Positions 10,806-21,301 of a stretch of 64,000 nucleotides of DNA are shown here, piece after piece. The translations under genes were made by a program, and so were the position numbers. The stretch's first letter is position 1; every line of letters begins with the position of its first letter. This stretch comes from a virus: positions 1-64,000 of IMG/VR virus record IMGVR_UViG_3300034068_001120; one strand, written 5' to 3'. Below the pieces are notes generated by a model that searched no databases, was not told the origin of the DNA, and worked only from the letters and a program-made list of their open reading frames with translations.

Positions 10806-11564
10806 TTATCCAGTAATAAAATCAGGAGGTTCTTGATAACGCAGAACGGTTTGTTCTTCTAGTTCGGTTATTTCTCGAATGGCTTCTGTGTAAATTTTAG
10901 TACCATTAAAAGTCATATTTCCTGGCATGGCAATACCTTCATACTTACTAAGATTAATGCCCCATTGTCGCTTAATAAGTGCTGTTACATATTTCTTTAA
11001 TAGAATATCGCCGTAAATTTCACGTGCTGCATCTGGATCTAATGTTGTATACCCTTCAATAAGCAGAAACTGACCAACAATAAAGCCATCAGTAATATTG
11101 GTATCTATGACTAGTTTATTTGAGTGTCTATTGAATCTGATTTGTTTCTCTGGATCCAATAATTGTTGCAACAATTCAATATATTGCATTGCCGTAGTAA
11201 AGTGAGTAAGATTAATTTGACCATTTCTTACACCATAAAAATCATTTAATGCCAACTGATATCTAATATTAAAAATATTATTGACTTGCATGTTAAATCC
11301 AGCCTGAAATACTTTTGTCACAGAAATAAGACGAGTATCTATAGCGTCAGTGGATATATATTTGTTATTTCTATCTGTTTGCGTAATTTGATATTTATAA
11401 TACTGTCTTTGAAATCCCTCACTGCTCATCTCGGCAAACCATTGCAGAGCCTCATCCATTCTATCTTCTAGCTGCGAATCTTCTACATTTATTTCAATGA
11501 CAGGAGAACCAAGAGCACGCAATGCGTATTCTTTTAATTCTTGTCGTGTGGTTGGTATTGCCAT
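10806..11564 (-). CDS. gp13: Neck protein
   Basis: YALRALGSPVIEINVEDSQLEDR, LKKYVTALIKRQWGINLSKY. Confidence 0.95.
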   Translation of the reverse strand: MAIPTTRQELKEYALRALGSPVIEINVEDSQLEDRMDEALQWFAEMSSEGFQRQYYKYQITQTDRNNKYISTDAIDTRLISVTKVFQAGFNMQVNNIFNIRYQLALNDFYGVRNGQINLTHFTTAMQYIELLQQLLDPEKQIRFNRHSNKLVIDTNITDGFIVGQFLLIEGYTTLDPDAAREIYGDILLKKYVTALIKRQWGINLSKYEGIAMPGNMTFNGTKIYTEAIREITELEEQTVLRYQEPPDFITG

Positions 11565-11565
11565 A

Positions 11566-13839
11566 TTACGTGGTTCTCATAATAAAGGCAAGAGCATAGT
11601 ATGGTGGAAGATTTGCAGTGTTTATTTCAGGCACCACAGTAACATCTGCTTCACTGAAAGCAGCCCCAGTATTCTTTTTAGGTTTGGATGTATTATATCG
11701 CTTTAGAGTATCACCACCTTGTGCACCTCCTGCACCGATATTCGTACCCGCATAATTATCAATTGCACTGATACCAGGAGTATTGTCGTCCATAGCATAA
11801 ACATGTCTGTGATCCACAAGACTTGCTGTTGCAGATCCACCTGATGCAGCAACAGCATATCCTCCTGTACCTGCACCTGCACTTGCACCAACAACAAATC
11901 TACCACGAAGATCAGGAGTTCCATTGGATCCATTGCAAAGTGCCCAAGATGTGGGAATATTAGCAACAGTACCACTCCACATAATAATTCCACCTACTGG
12001 AATAGTTCCATTTCCAACAAATGAAGTTGCATTTACCGCACCACTCACATCCAACTTCACAGGCATAGTCGTCAAAGAAGTCTCTATTATTTTCTTCGTA
12101 TTTGCGCCTTGTTTAACGTCTGCTGTTGAAATTAAATTAGGACTATTATAAAGACTAGTCAAAAACTGGCCTTCCCACAAAGTTTGATCTGCAAAATTTC
12201 CACCATATCCAATATCAATTCTATCCACTGACCACGTAGGCCACTCGGTCAATAAGGTATTATCGCCTAATACAATAACAGCATTTGTTCTGGAATTGAT
12301 GGGTGATGCCGCATCGCCGCCATTCAAAAATCCTGTCTGTATTATATTAAATGGAGTATTTCCTGTGCATTCGACATCACAATTGTACCAAGTCACATCA
12401 TTATTAATGGTCTTAATGTATCCAGAAACAATACACTGCCAATTTTTCATTCCTCCTGAGCCACCAGATACGGATGCAGGCATTTTTCTATTCATGCCGC
12501 TGATAGTTACTTTGACAAAATGATCATATTGGGGATTCGTTGCAGATGTCGTTGTTCCAGGAGGAAGTATAATAACAAACGGACCACAACTAGCACTGGT
12601 TCCTGGTTCAATACTAGTATGGAATCGTAATAAATTGGTGGTGGAACTTGTGATATTAGAATCACCAACAGAGACAGTTTTTACCACGGCTCCTGAAGGA
12701 TACGTTAAATATGTTGTCTTGTATTGATTTCTCACAGGAAGAATAGTGGATCCAGTTCTAGTCTGTGCAATGGTTCCGTTATAAGTTATTCCAGTAGTAA
12801 CAAACAATCCACTCGCAGTAATACCAGCAGCAGAGATGCCCGTGGCTGTCAAAAGAGTTGCGCTCATTGTTGTGCCAGTTAATCCTCCTGCCACAGTGAA
12901 TACCAGATTAGAATTTGCAGAAAATCCTGCTGCAATTCCACTACCATCATTATACTGAATCATTCCAGTGGAGCCTGCAGGTTCTGCCGTATCCCATACT
13001 AATTGACCTGCGCCATTGGTTCCCAATAATTGTCCATTCGTTCCATCACTAACAGGAAGATACCAAGTGGTGGGAGTCGTAATCGCTGGAGGTGCTTGGA
13101 ATCCCACTGTTTTTCCTGTTGAATCCGTGAATACAAAACTTCCACCACAAACACCACGGAAATCTTTGCCTAGAAAATTTCCTTCAAAGGTACCAGTAAC
13201 ACCAGAATGAATATTGGTTCCCGAGGTTGATCCATTGAGCAGATATACAAAATTTCTGGATCCGGCTTTAGCACCAAAGAATCCTAAAGATGCTCCAGCG
13301 GAGTTGTCTGTGTCTGGATAGAAAAATGCAATGCCTCGATCCATCGCACGTGAACCAGCACCAGTTACACCAACTCCCCCAGTTTGTCCAAGCGATATAA
13401 CAGCATCGGCTATTGTAAAATTTGCACTACTCGTAGAAGTCAGGGTTCCGCCAACGAAAAAATTACCAGTAACTGTTACATGTGAGAGTATAGTAGCCGA
13501 ACCACCAGCAACACCCATTGTAATTGCAGTTGCATTAGAACCAATTGTAAGAGTAGATCCAGCGGCATTAAAGGTATGAAATGCTGCCTGTGTTCCTCGA
13601 ATTCCCGCCGAGAATGTATGTCCTGTAAGAACTGTTGGAAGCAAAGCTGCAGTTAATACTCCTTCTGCATCGGTTGTTGTTAATGAAACACTACTAGACG
13701 AAACACCAGAATATACCTTTAACTTATTGAGTTTATAGGCTGATAAATTACTTTGATCTTTCCAAGTATTAAACGTATTGTTTAATGCAACTTCTGGGAT
13801 TGAATAATTATTGGAGTCTGGTCCTGTATTTACTGGCAT
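11566..13839 (-). CDS. Tail fibre / whisker-like protein with C-terminal collar domain
   Basis: N-terminal NNTFNTWK, Gly/Thr-rich body, C-terminal PVGGIIMWSG...WALCNGSNGTPDLRGRFVVG...NLPPYYALAFIM. Confidence 0.8.
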   Translation of the reverse strand: MPVNTGPDSNNYSIPEVALNNTFNTWKDQSNLSAYKLNKLKVYSGVSSSSVSLTTTDAEGVLTAALLPTVLTGHTFSAGIRGTQAAFHTFNAAGSTLTIGSNATAITMGVAGGSATILSHVTVTGNFFVGGTLTSTSSANFTIADAVISLGQTGGVGVTGAGSRAMDRGIAFFYPDTDNSAGASLGFFGAKAGSRNFVYLLNGSTSGTNIHSGVTGTFEGNFLGKDFRGVCGGSFVFTDSTGKTVGFQAPPAITTPTTWYLPVSDGTNGQLLGTNGAGQLVWDTAEPAGSTGMIQYNDGSGIAAGFSANSNLVFTVAGGLTGTTMSATLLTATGISAAGITASGLFVTTGITYNGTIAQTRTGSTILPVRNQYKTTYLTYPSGAVVKTVSVGDSNITSSTTNLLRFHTSIEPGTSASCGPFVIILPPGTTTSATNPQYDHFVKVTISGMNRKMPASVSGGSGGMKNWQCIVSGYIKTINNDVTWYNCDVECTGNTPFNIIQTGFLNGGDAASPINSRTNAVIVLGDNTLLTEWPTWSVDRIDIGYGGNFADQTLWEGQFLTSLYNSPNLISTADVKQGANTKKIIETSLTTMPVKLDVSGAVNATSFVGNGTIPVGGIIMWSGTVANIPTSWALCNGSNGTPDLRGRFVVGASAGAGTGGYAVAASGGSATASLVDHRHVYAMDDNTPGISAIDNYAGTNIGAGGAQGGDTLKRYNTSKPKKNTGAAFSEADVTVVPEINTANLPPYYALAFIMRTT

Positions 13840-14033
13840 TTACTAGTTTCCTGTGTATTATGTACGAATTTCAGAACTTCTTCTAACTGAGCCTTTAAAG
13901 TATGTATCTCTATTTCTAAATCCTTAATCTGCGTTTCTGTTTTCTTTTTTTCTATAAATTCTTCTGCTGCTTGAGTATCAGCCAGTATGAGTGCCCCAGA
14001 ATAAGAATCTCGTTTATATTTTCTTAATCCCAT
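13830..14033 (-). CDS. Small coiled-coil hypothetical protein
   Basis: 67 aa, tightly packed in the structural operon. Confidence 0.65.
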   Translation of the reverse strand: MGLRKYKRDSYSGALILADTQAAEEFIEKKKTETQIKDLEIEIHTLKAQLEEVLKFVHNTQETSKCQ

Positions 14034-14035
14034 AA

Positions 14036-17000
14036 TTAACTCACAAAACTAGCAACTCGTATACTGCGAACAGCAGGAGTCTGATAATATGTTGCAGGAA
14101 CGGCAGTAGATGCAAGAGATATTTTAATTTGATAGGAAGAAAATGCGGTTCCTAATGTTATGCCGTATGTTCCTGTACTATAATCTAAATCTGATCCACT
14201 CACAGGAGTAGAAACGGATCTGGTTAACGCATTCCAAGTCTTTGTTTGAATTTGTGCTTCTCCTGCTGTGGAAACTCTATAATATACTTCTAATGATGAT
14301 CCACTCGGAGTATTTGTGTCCACAAAAATTGCAAGTCCATTTGAGTTCACGGCATCCACGGCAACAATACGACTAATATATTGTGACGGAGAGCCAGTAG
14401 CAACTCGCATAGCAATTCCAGTGGCATACATTGCTTGTGTATCAACTACAGGTGAAACAAATCCAGTACCATTAAAGCTATATTGAAGATTAAATGCTGT
14501 TGAAGGAATTGATGTCATATAAATGTTTTCATTATTTTTAAATGCAAGACTTGTTGAGTCTGTGAATTGTCGGGAAATACCACAACCAGCAGGAATCACT
14601 TCTGGAGAACTAAACTTTAATATTTGCTTTGCCAGATTATTTGTCAGTGTTGCATTAAATCTACTAGAAGCACCAGTTTCAAATACGCAACGATTTACAT
14701 TAAACATAAGATCAGTTGAGTTTTCTGCAACAGAAAGTCCCATGGAAGTAGAAGTATATAAAGTTCCTACCAGTTGATTATTTCCAACGCGACCACCTGT
14801 AGAATCTCCACTTGCTAATGCATTGTATCCAGAGTCTGCTGCATATAAAGAATATTTCTGAGAATTAGTACTAATGCATATTGCATATTCTCCTGGTTCT
14901 AAGAATACAGGACTAGAAAATGTAAAGGTTGTGGCATATGGAGTTACTGAGTCTGCCGTTACACCTGCAGACAAAAGTGTCACGGTGGAAAACGGTAATA
15001 CCACCGAAGGAGACGGATATCCAGATATAGTTGGTCTGATTTGTACGGTGACAGGAAGCACAGAATCTTTTTCGGAAAAGAACAATTCCACGCTCTTGAT
15101 AAAGAGTCCTTCTGGATTACTTTTCTTGTCAACGAAGAATGTTTGTGAAAGTGGATCTGCCCATTGTGAATTTTCTAAAATATCAACAGAAAACTCTCTT
15201 GCAAATGGATTCTTTACAATTCCATCACTTGATACAGTTTGTCTTCTGAGTACAGGTGGACGAGTAGAATAAGATCCAGAATCTCGTTGATCCAAAGCAC
15301 CAACACAATAATATGTTGCTTCGGCTGCCGTGGTTGCATTTTCATTAGTCGAAGAATCTACCAGTCGAACAATCTTCTCTCCTGCGGTATAGGTATTTGC
15401 CGGAATGTTGAATGTAGCACCGCAAGTTCCATATGCGTCACTTGATAATCCACTCTTTACAACATCGCCATCAAAATAAATTGAAAGTCCTGTTGTTGAT
15501 GGTTTAAGACCAAATGCAGTGAATGTTATTCCTGTTGTTGCTGGAATATATTGAACAATACTACGATCCACTATTTTTGTACCAACTCTGGTTTTAATTC
15601 TATTCTTCAGACGAGACATCTTCATACGAGTACTAAGATTCTCATCTATTCCAATTATTGTGCGACTTATCCCAGCAGATGCATTACCCGAATTAATATT
15701 GGGAATAACCGAGGAAGATGCAACATGAGGGGTTTTAAGATTTTGTTTTTGTACGTCATCTTGTTCTTGATTATTGTCTTCTATTCCTGTCCACATACTC
15801 TCCCAATCATTCCATTGGGTACCGAATCCTCGTGAATTGTCCGCATTAGATCCCAACCAATTATCATTTTCGCCTAATGCATTTGTTTTTACTATTGGAC
15901 GATATGCAACATCGTATACCGTAGCAACCGAAGGAGTTAATTTGGCAAATCCAAGCCAATTAATTGTATTGGATGGATTAACAATAATCTGCTTGGTTGA
16001 TTCTCCATTTTCAATATAGGGAGTTTGTGTATAACTCAATGTAATCAAACCATCTGCTGATAACGTAGTTCCAGTATAAGCATAACCACCCAACGAAACT
16101 GTTGATGGTGTAAAAAATGGACGCAATTCACCTGTTTCATAATCAACAGAACATATATGATCTCCAGAAGCAACATCGCCAATAGAATGTCCCACAAATT
16201 CTTCAGAAAATATAGAAGTTTTTAATGGTTCTGTAGCAGCTCCTGCCAATGTTTTAATGGATTTTGAATCTGTTTCCAATTCAGACAAAGATAATTTGGC
16301 AAAAACTTCCACATCATCAATACGTTTTTCTATTTTTCCAATATCCTGCATGGTGTATCGCTTATTGTCTGTTGCGGTAAACAATACATCTCCTGCATTA
16401 TGTGTATATGCTGGTATCGAAGCCGTACCAAGAACCATAGCATCAATTGGATCTGGTGGAACCGAAGGAGATATATCTGGAGTTCCCGTAACTGTTAAGA
16501 ATTCTGCTGTTCCATCTGTTGGATCAGTTCGTAGGCATATCTTGTCTATTCTAGGAAGATAATGAGTATAGGATACTGTTGTGGATTTTTCTGTTCTGAA
16601 TGGTTTAAAGAGTGGAGTAGTTGCAGTTAATCCAGAATGCCTGAAATCTAGGCAATTAGCAAGAGAAACCGTTTTACCAGTTTTTGGACTTGTGAATAAA
16701 GGAACATTATCATACGAAACTCCAATGTATGAAGTTGCACCAATGAAAGGAGCGGCCGCTAATCCACCATGAAGAAAATAATTATAACCAACAGACAATG
16801 TTCCTGATGTGTTAAAAGCATCCCAAGCGGTTTGTTTGGATGACTTTACCATTATGCGAGAATAATTATAATGAGTATCAGTTTGTCCGTCATCTAATTC
16901 AAAATAATCTGATATATCTGTAGGACCTATACTATGGGTAATACCTGTTATAGAATAGACATCGGCTTTTGATAGCGTGTATACACTGCGTCCATTTTCT

Positions 17001-18910
17001 AGGGTGTTTGCATTGTATGCAATTGCCGAATCTGTTGCAGCCGTCGAAGTTTTCGTTCGTATAGAAGAACTGCTTATAGTGGACGGTTTATATACAACTG
17101 GAACCAAGACACGTAGGTTTCCGCTAGTAAATCCTGAAGGAGTAGTACCGCCATTATAAGAAAAAACAACACTATTAGCACCTGACGTTATACTGCTTGT
17201 TCCAGCATGGTAAGCTGGAAAAAATACTTGTCCTGTTGCATTCGATATTGCAATATCTGCTAGTGTGGTGTTTGGATCAAGGTCAATATATGCGTCAGAT
17301 ACTGTCTCAGAGAACATGCTACCGCTATCAGATATCGTGAATGTTGTTCCGCCCGCAGCAGTGTGTATGTAATTGGTTAAAGTATTCGTCCATAATCTTC
17401 CAGGAGCCGCTACTGCAGTGACTTGATCTATGGCATATCCAGTCGTCATTTCATATACAAGAGATTGCGAGTTTGGAGATTGAACTTGTGCAAAGGTAGT
17501 TCCAGTTCCAGAGGGAACAAATGTACCGCAAGTATGTCCTGCGCTCCAACCCGTTCCATTATTATCAACAAAATACAATGCACCACTACTAGCTCCAGCA
17601 ACTGAACCACTTAATCCATACAAATATAAATTGTAATTATATCCTGTAGTAGATCCAGTACTCACTGGAATGGCACCATGAACATAGCCTGTTGCAACTA
17701 CACCACTGGAAGAATTTCTAAATTTTACTTCTACAGAACCAGAATTAATATTCACTAGATTATTGGCAAATGTTGTTCCGAATGCGGCACTAGTGCCCAT
17801 ACAAACACCCACATAATTACCCAATCCAAATCCATAAGTTAAATTTGTTTCTGTTTGTGTTGTTCTGGCTTTTGCAACATTCAAGGTTATTGGATATTGT
17901 GATTCTAATTCGTGTCCTTGCACGTATGCTTTACCAGGACCAATTACAAATCCCAAAGTAGAACCACTCAAATTCTTTACCTTTACATCAAATGGCCTAA
18001 CAATATACGAGCCAGATTCGTCAAATGTTCTACGAGATAATGCAGATTCTATCTCGGCATAGGATACTCGTTCAGATTTTCTTGTGATTTTGCCTGCATC
18101 GAATCTAATCAATTCAATGAAATCATTTGCTTCTGAAGTAATGCCAGATTGCGTTAACATTAAATCTATCTTATAACGATCTCCACCTGGTGCATTATAA
18201 TTAGACGAGCCAATTGCAGGATCCTTTAAGGTAGAATCTTCTTCTGCTGTTACTGTATCTCGTACCACATCAAATCCAACACGAGTAGTAAGAAGATTAA
18301 AAGAAGCGGCGGTTCCACCGAATGACACATCCAGTGTGCTACCAGATATACGATATGGTGTAAACTTTTGTGTTCCTACTGGAGTAAAAAATCCATCAAC
18401 ATAAAAAATACCATCGGCAACGGTAATCAATTTGCATGATTCAGTGGTTCCAATAACGCCATTCGTTAATGTGGTGCCACCCAATGAAATGTTTCCCGCA
18501 CTAAAAGAATAGCCAGAGGTGAAGTCGACTATTACTACTAAATGGGTAGTACTACCTCCAGACGAAAGAGGTACATAATGAACTATCTTTGCTTTTGTTG
18601 TGCTTTGAACTAATTCAGATCCGATTAGGGTATCATAATCCAATACAGCGGCATCATTAAGACTGGCAATAGTTATTCTTATGGCAGAGGTAGTTCTGAC
18701 ACTTATTCCACCACCAATAATGCGAGATCCATCTTTGAAGAGATGATCCCCAACCTTTGAAACTTGGTTTTGTAATATAGATTGTGCTTGAGTTATTTCT
18801 CTGGCTTGCAAAGCATAGCCAGGTCGGAATAGAACACGTAAAAATCCAGAATCAGTAGTAAAATCGTCGTAATACGGATTTATATTGAAAATACTAGGGT
18901 CGTATGTCAT
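14036..18910 (-). CDS. Large virion structural protein, VrlC-like / DUF4815 family
   Basis: NINPYYDDF...RVLFRPGYALQAREITQAQSILQNQ, RRTFDESGSY, PGKAYVQGHE, DPLSQTFFV. Confidence 0.88.
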   Translation of the reverse strand: MTYDPSIFNINPYYDDFTTDSGFLRVLFRPGYALQAREITQAQSILQNQVSKVGDHLFKDGSRIIGGGISVRTTSAIRITIASLNDAAVLDYDTLIGSELVQSTTKAKIVHYVPLSSGGSTTHLVVIVDFTSGYSFSAGNISLGGTTLTNGVIGTTESCKLITVADGIFYVDGFFTPVGTQKFTPYRISGSTLDVSFGGTAASFNLLTTRVGFDVVRDTVTAEEDSTLKDPAIGSSNYNAPGGDRYKIDLMLTQSGITSEANDFIELIRFDAGKITRKSERVSYAEIESALSRRTFDESGSYIVRPFDVKVKNLSGSTLGFVIGPGKAYVQGHELESQYPITLNVAKARTTQTETNLTYGFGLGNYVGVCMGTSAAFGTTFANNLVNINSGSVEVKFRNSSSGVVATGYVHGAIPVSTGSTTGYNYNLYLYGLSGSVAGASSGALYFVDNNGTGWSAGHTCGTFVPSGTGTTFAQVQSPNSQSLVYEMTTGYAIDQVTAVAAPGRLWTNTLTNYIHTAAGGTTFTISDSGSMFSETVSDAYIDLDPNTTLADIAISNATGQVFFPAYHAGTSSITSGANSVVFSYNGGTTPSGFTSGNLRVLVPVVYKPSTISSSSIRTKTSTAATDSAIAYNANTLENGRSVYTLSKADVYSITGITHSIGPTDISDYFELDDGQTDTHYNYSRIMVKSSKQTAWDAFNTSGTLSVGYNYFLHGGLAAAPFIGATSYIGVSYDNVPLFTSPKTGKTVSLANCLDFRHSGLTATTPLFKPFRTEKSTTVSYTHYLPRIDKICLRTDPTDGTAEFLTVTGTPDISPSVPPDPIDAMVLGTASIPAYTHNAGDVLFTATDNKRYTMQDIGKIEKRIDDVEVFAKLSLSELETDSKSIKTLAGAATEPLKTSIFSEEFVGHSIGDVASGDHICSVDYETGELRPFFTPSTVSLGGYAYTGTTLSADGLITLSYTQTPYIENGESTKQIIVNPSNTINWLGFAKLTPSVATVYDVAYRPIVKTNALGENDNWLGSNADNSRGFGTQWNDWESMWTGIEDNNQEQDDVQKQNLKTPHVASSSVIPNINSGNASAGISRTIIGIDENLSTRMKMSRLKNRIKTRVGTKIVDRSIVQYIPATTGITFTAFGLKPSTTGLSIYFDGDVVKSGLSSDAYGTCGATFNIPANTYTAGEKIVRLVDSSTNENATTAAEATYYCVGALDQRDSGSYSTRPPVLRRQTVSSDGIVKNPFAREFSVDILENSQWADPLSQTFFVDKKSNPEGLFIKSVELFFSEKDSVLPVTVQIRPTISGYPSPSVVLPFSTVTLLSAGVTADSVTPYATTFTFSSPVFLEPGEYAICISTNSQKYSLYAADSGYNALASGDSTGGRVGNNQLVGTLYTSTSMGLSVAENSTDLMFNVNRCVFETGASSRFNATLTNNLAKQILKFSSPEVIPAGCGISRQFTDSTSLAFKNNENIYMTSIPSTAFNLQYSFNGTGFVSPVVDTQAMYATGIAMRVATGSPSQYISRIVAVDAVNSNGLAIFVDTNTPSGSSLEVYYRVSTAGEAQIQTKTWNALTRSVSTPVSGSDLDYSTGTYGITLGTAFSSYQIKISLASTAVPATYYQTPAVRSIRVASFVS

Positions 18911-18919
18911 TAGTTCCTT

Positions 18920-21274
18920 TTAAAAGCCTACCGATAGTCTAAATTCTTCATTTTGTCCTACGACTCTATCAATCGCCACTACACTGTCTATGTATAATAT
19001 TTCTCCAGAATTGGGGTTGATGTCTGGTAGAGAAACTCCTGTAACGAGATATGCACCCAAAGCAGAATATGTCGAGGAATCTCCATCAGCAATATTTTTA
19101 AACTGTCCCGTTACTTCGCTTACCCATAATGTACCATAACTAGAATTTACAAGTTCCCAAGTATACACCTTGGCACTAGCATATCCAATTGCAATTGATC
19201 CAGTCTGTCCCTGTGTAACTGTATCGCCAGTTGTGAAAGTAGAGGAAGAAAGTCCACTACCAGTTACCTGTAATGCATGCAATCCTGTATAACTAGACAA
19301 TCCAAGCGAATCAATATAAGGATCGCCTACATCTATAATTTTAAATTTACTGTCGCTTGTAAATGTCAATCCACCAGAAAGTTGGGCCGTTGTGACAAAT
19401 TCGCCGTATCTTGGAGATATAGAATTGATTTTTGCCGATGCCAACGATGATGCACCCGTCACTCCTGCCGTTGTGGATATAGCAAAGGAATTTTTTGTGG
19501 ATCGCACACCAAGAGTATATCCACCAGGTGTTATTTCACTAATACTTAAAACAATTCCTTCTGCCTCAATACTGTATCCAAAACTAATTCCCACAGAACC
19601 AGATCCAGGAACAGTAAATGTTACACCAACAGGAATAGTTTGAGTGATTTTTTCTCCAGCAGTAAATGTAGCCGTGGCATCGAGTCCTATAATATAATCA
19701 TTTGGTCTATCAGAATAATCAATAAAACTTTTAGAGTCGCTTGCAGTTTTAAGCAAAACTTTCTTGGAGGTGTCATTTGTAGATTTTATTGCATATACCT
19801 TTGCCGTGGCAAACGTTTCTAATCCCAACAAAGCAGTTGTATTGGTTGTTATGTTTGTTGCAGAGAATAAACTAGCGGATAGTGTGCTAGTAGTGGAAGT
19901 ACTTGTATTTAAAAGAAGAACATCTCTGTAAAATATATCACTAGTTCCTGCAAGTTCTCCTGGATTAGATAGTAGTGTTGGATTTTTAATAATTCCAACC
20001 TGTCTATATGATCCTCCTGATTTTATTTTTGTTTCGTCTAATGGTGTTATTCTAGCAACCATTGCAATGCGATCTGCATTCAATTCTTTTAATATATTAG
20101 CACCATGCCCTCCTTTTGGAGCAAGAACAGCAGTCAATATTGGAGGTGTTGTTTCTTGAAATGGTGTCGGAATAATATCCATGATTGCATGAGAATAATT
20201 ATATCCTGAATTTATAACATCAATTCCTTGTATAGAAAGATCATCGGCCATAATAGGAGATACATATGCTCCATCTCCATCTCCAATAATATTAATAAAT
20301 GGCAAAATTTCAATAACAGGATAATTGGAATTTCCAATAACGGATAGAGTAAATCCAATCGTATCATTCTCTATTATAAAATATCTTGAAGTTGATCCAG
20401 TTACACCTGCAGCACTAATAACACCATAATTATTTATTTGTGATATATTACCCTCGTTTGTTGCCACGCGTACTGCATATCCGTTAAATCCAGGAGAACC
20501 GCCGCCAGGCATATTTTCGCGATTAATAATTTGATTGAGGCTAGATATATCTGTAATTTCTAACTGCGTTTGTGTACTAGAAAGAGCAACTGATCGAGAT
20601 ACTAGTAGACCAGAAGTTGTGGTGGTAATTGCAACAGAATGGCGATAAATGCCGCTAGTAACTCCAGTAGCAACAGATACATCTACTCTGGATATTCCGC
20701 CATCCGCTGCTTGTAATTGTGTATTATATTGATTTTGGGTTTCCAGAACACTACTATCAGTTATATAATTGATTGGTATATAAAGTGAAGTACTGCCCAA
20801 CAAATCGGCTTCTTTAACCGTTCCAATATATTTCCAAATGTATAGATCTGCTGTTTTAAATACTGTGGAAAGTATGCTAGTCGGCTCTACTGTAGAAGGT
20901 GCTCCATCAGCATTTGATATGCATATGTAAATATTATTTTGACTATTTAATACATAGAAAGTTTCAGGAGTATCAACATTAAATAGATCAATACTATCAT
21001 CATATTGATCATAGATCTCATTAAGAGTCCAATCTCGTTTGGCAACAACATATAGAATGTCGGTTGGGTTTAATTTTTTATATCCTATTATGCTGCGACC
21101 AATTTGTTTTTCACTTTTATCAGAATCAATATAGGTATCTGGAGAATTTTCATTTGTCCAGGGTGTGCATTTTGCTATAAAAAAATAATATTGATTATTT
21201 CTATCGGTTGATATATTCTGCAGTAAATTATCGGCAGAAGAACGACTCATTGAATTTTTTATAATAGATGGCAT
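18920..21274 (-). CDS. gp8: Baseplate wedge subunit (extended)
   Basis: FYVLNSQNNIYICISN, PKGGHGANILKEL, YRQVGIIKNP, SGEILYID. Confidence 0.88.
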   Translation of the reverse strand: MPSIIKNSMSRSSADNLLQNISTDRNNQYYFFIAKCTPWTNENSPDTYIDSDKSEKQIGRSIIGYKKLNPTDILYVVAKRDWTLNEIYDQYDDSIDLFNVDTPETFYVLNSQNNIYICISNADGAPSTVEPTSILSTVFKTADLYIWKYIGTVKEADLLGSTSLYIPINYITDSSVLETQNQYNTQLQAADGGISRVDVSVATGVTSGIYRHSVAITTTTSGLLVSRSVALSSTQTQLEITDISSLNQIINRENMPGGGSPGFNGYAVRVATNEGNISQINNYGVISAAGVTGSTSRYFIIENDTIGFTLSVIGNSNYPVIEILPFINIIGDGDGAYVSPIMADDLSIQGIDVINSGYNYSHAIMDIIPTPFQETTPPILTAVLAPKGGHGANILKELNADRIAMVARITPLDETKIKSGGSYRQVGIIKNPTLLSNPGELAGTSDIFYRDVLLLNTSTSTTSTLSASLFSATNITTNTTALLGLETFATAKVYAIKSTNDTSKKVLLKTASDSKSFIDYSDRPNDYIIGLDATATFTAGEKITQTIPVGVTFTVPGSGSVGISFGYSIEAEGIVLSISEITPGGYTLGVRSTKNSFAISTTAGVTGASSLASAKINSISPRYGEFVTTAQLSGGLTFTSDSKFKIIDVGDPYIDSLGLSSYTGLHALQVTGSGLSSSTFTTGDTVTQGQTGSIAIGYASAKVYTWELVNSSYGTLWVSEVTGQFKNIADGDSSTYSALGAYLVTGVSLPDINPNSGEILYIDSVVAIDRVVGQNEEFRLSVGF

Positions 21275-21287
21275 GGTATTGTCCTGA

Positions 21288-21295
21288 TATTTATA
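21288..21295 (-). promoter_or_regulatory. T4-type late promoter
   Basis: TATAAATA upstream of gp8. Confidence 0.72.
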
Positions 21296-21301
21296 TAAGT
21301 A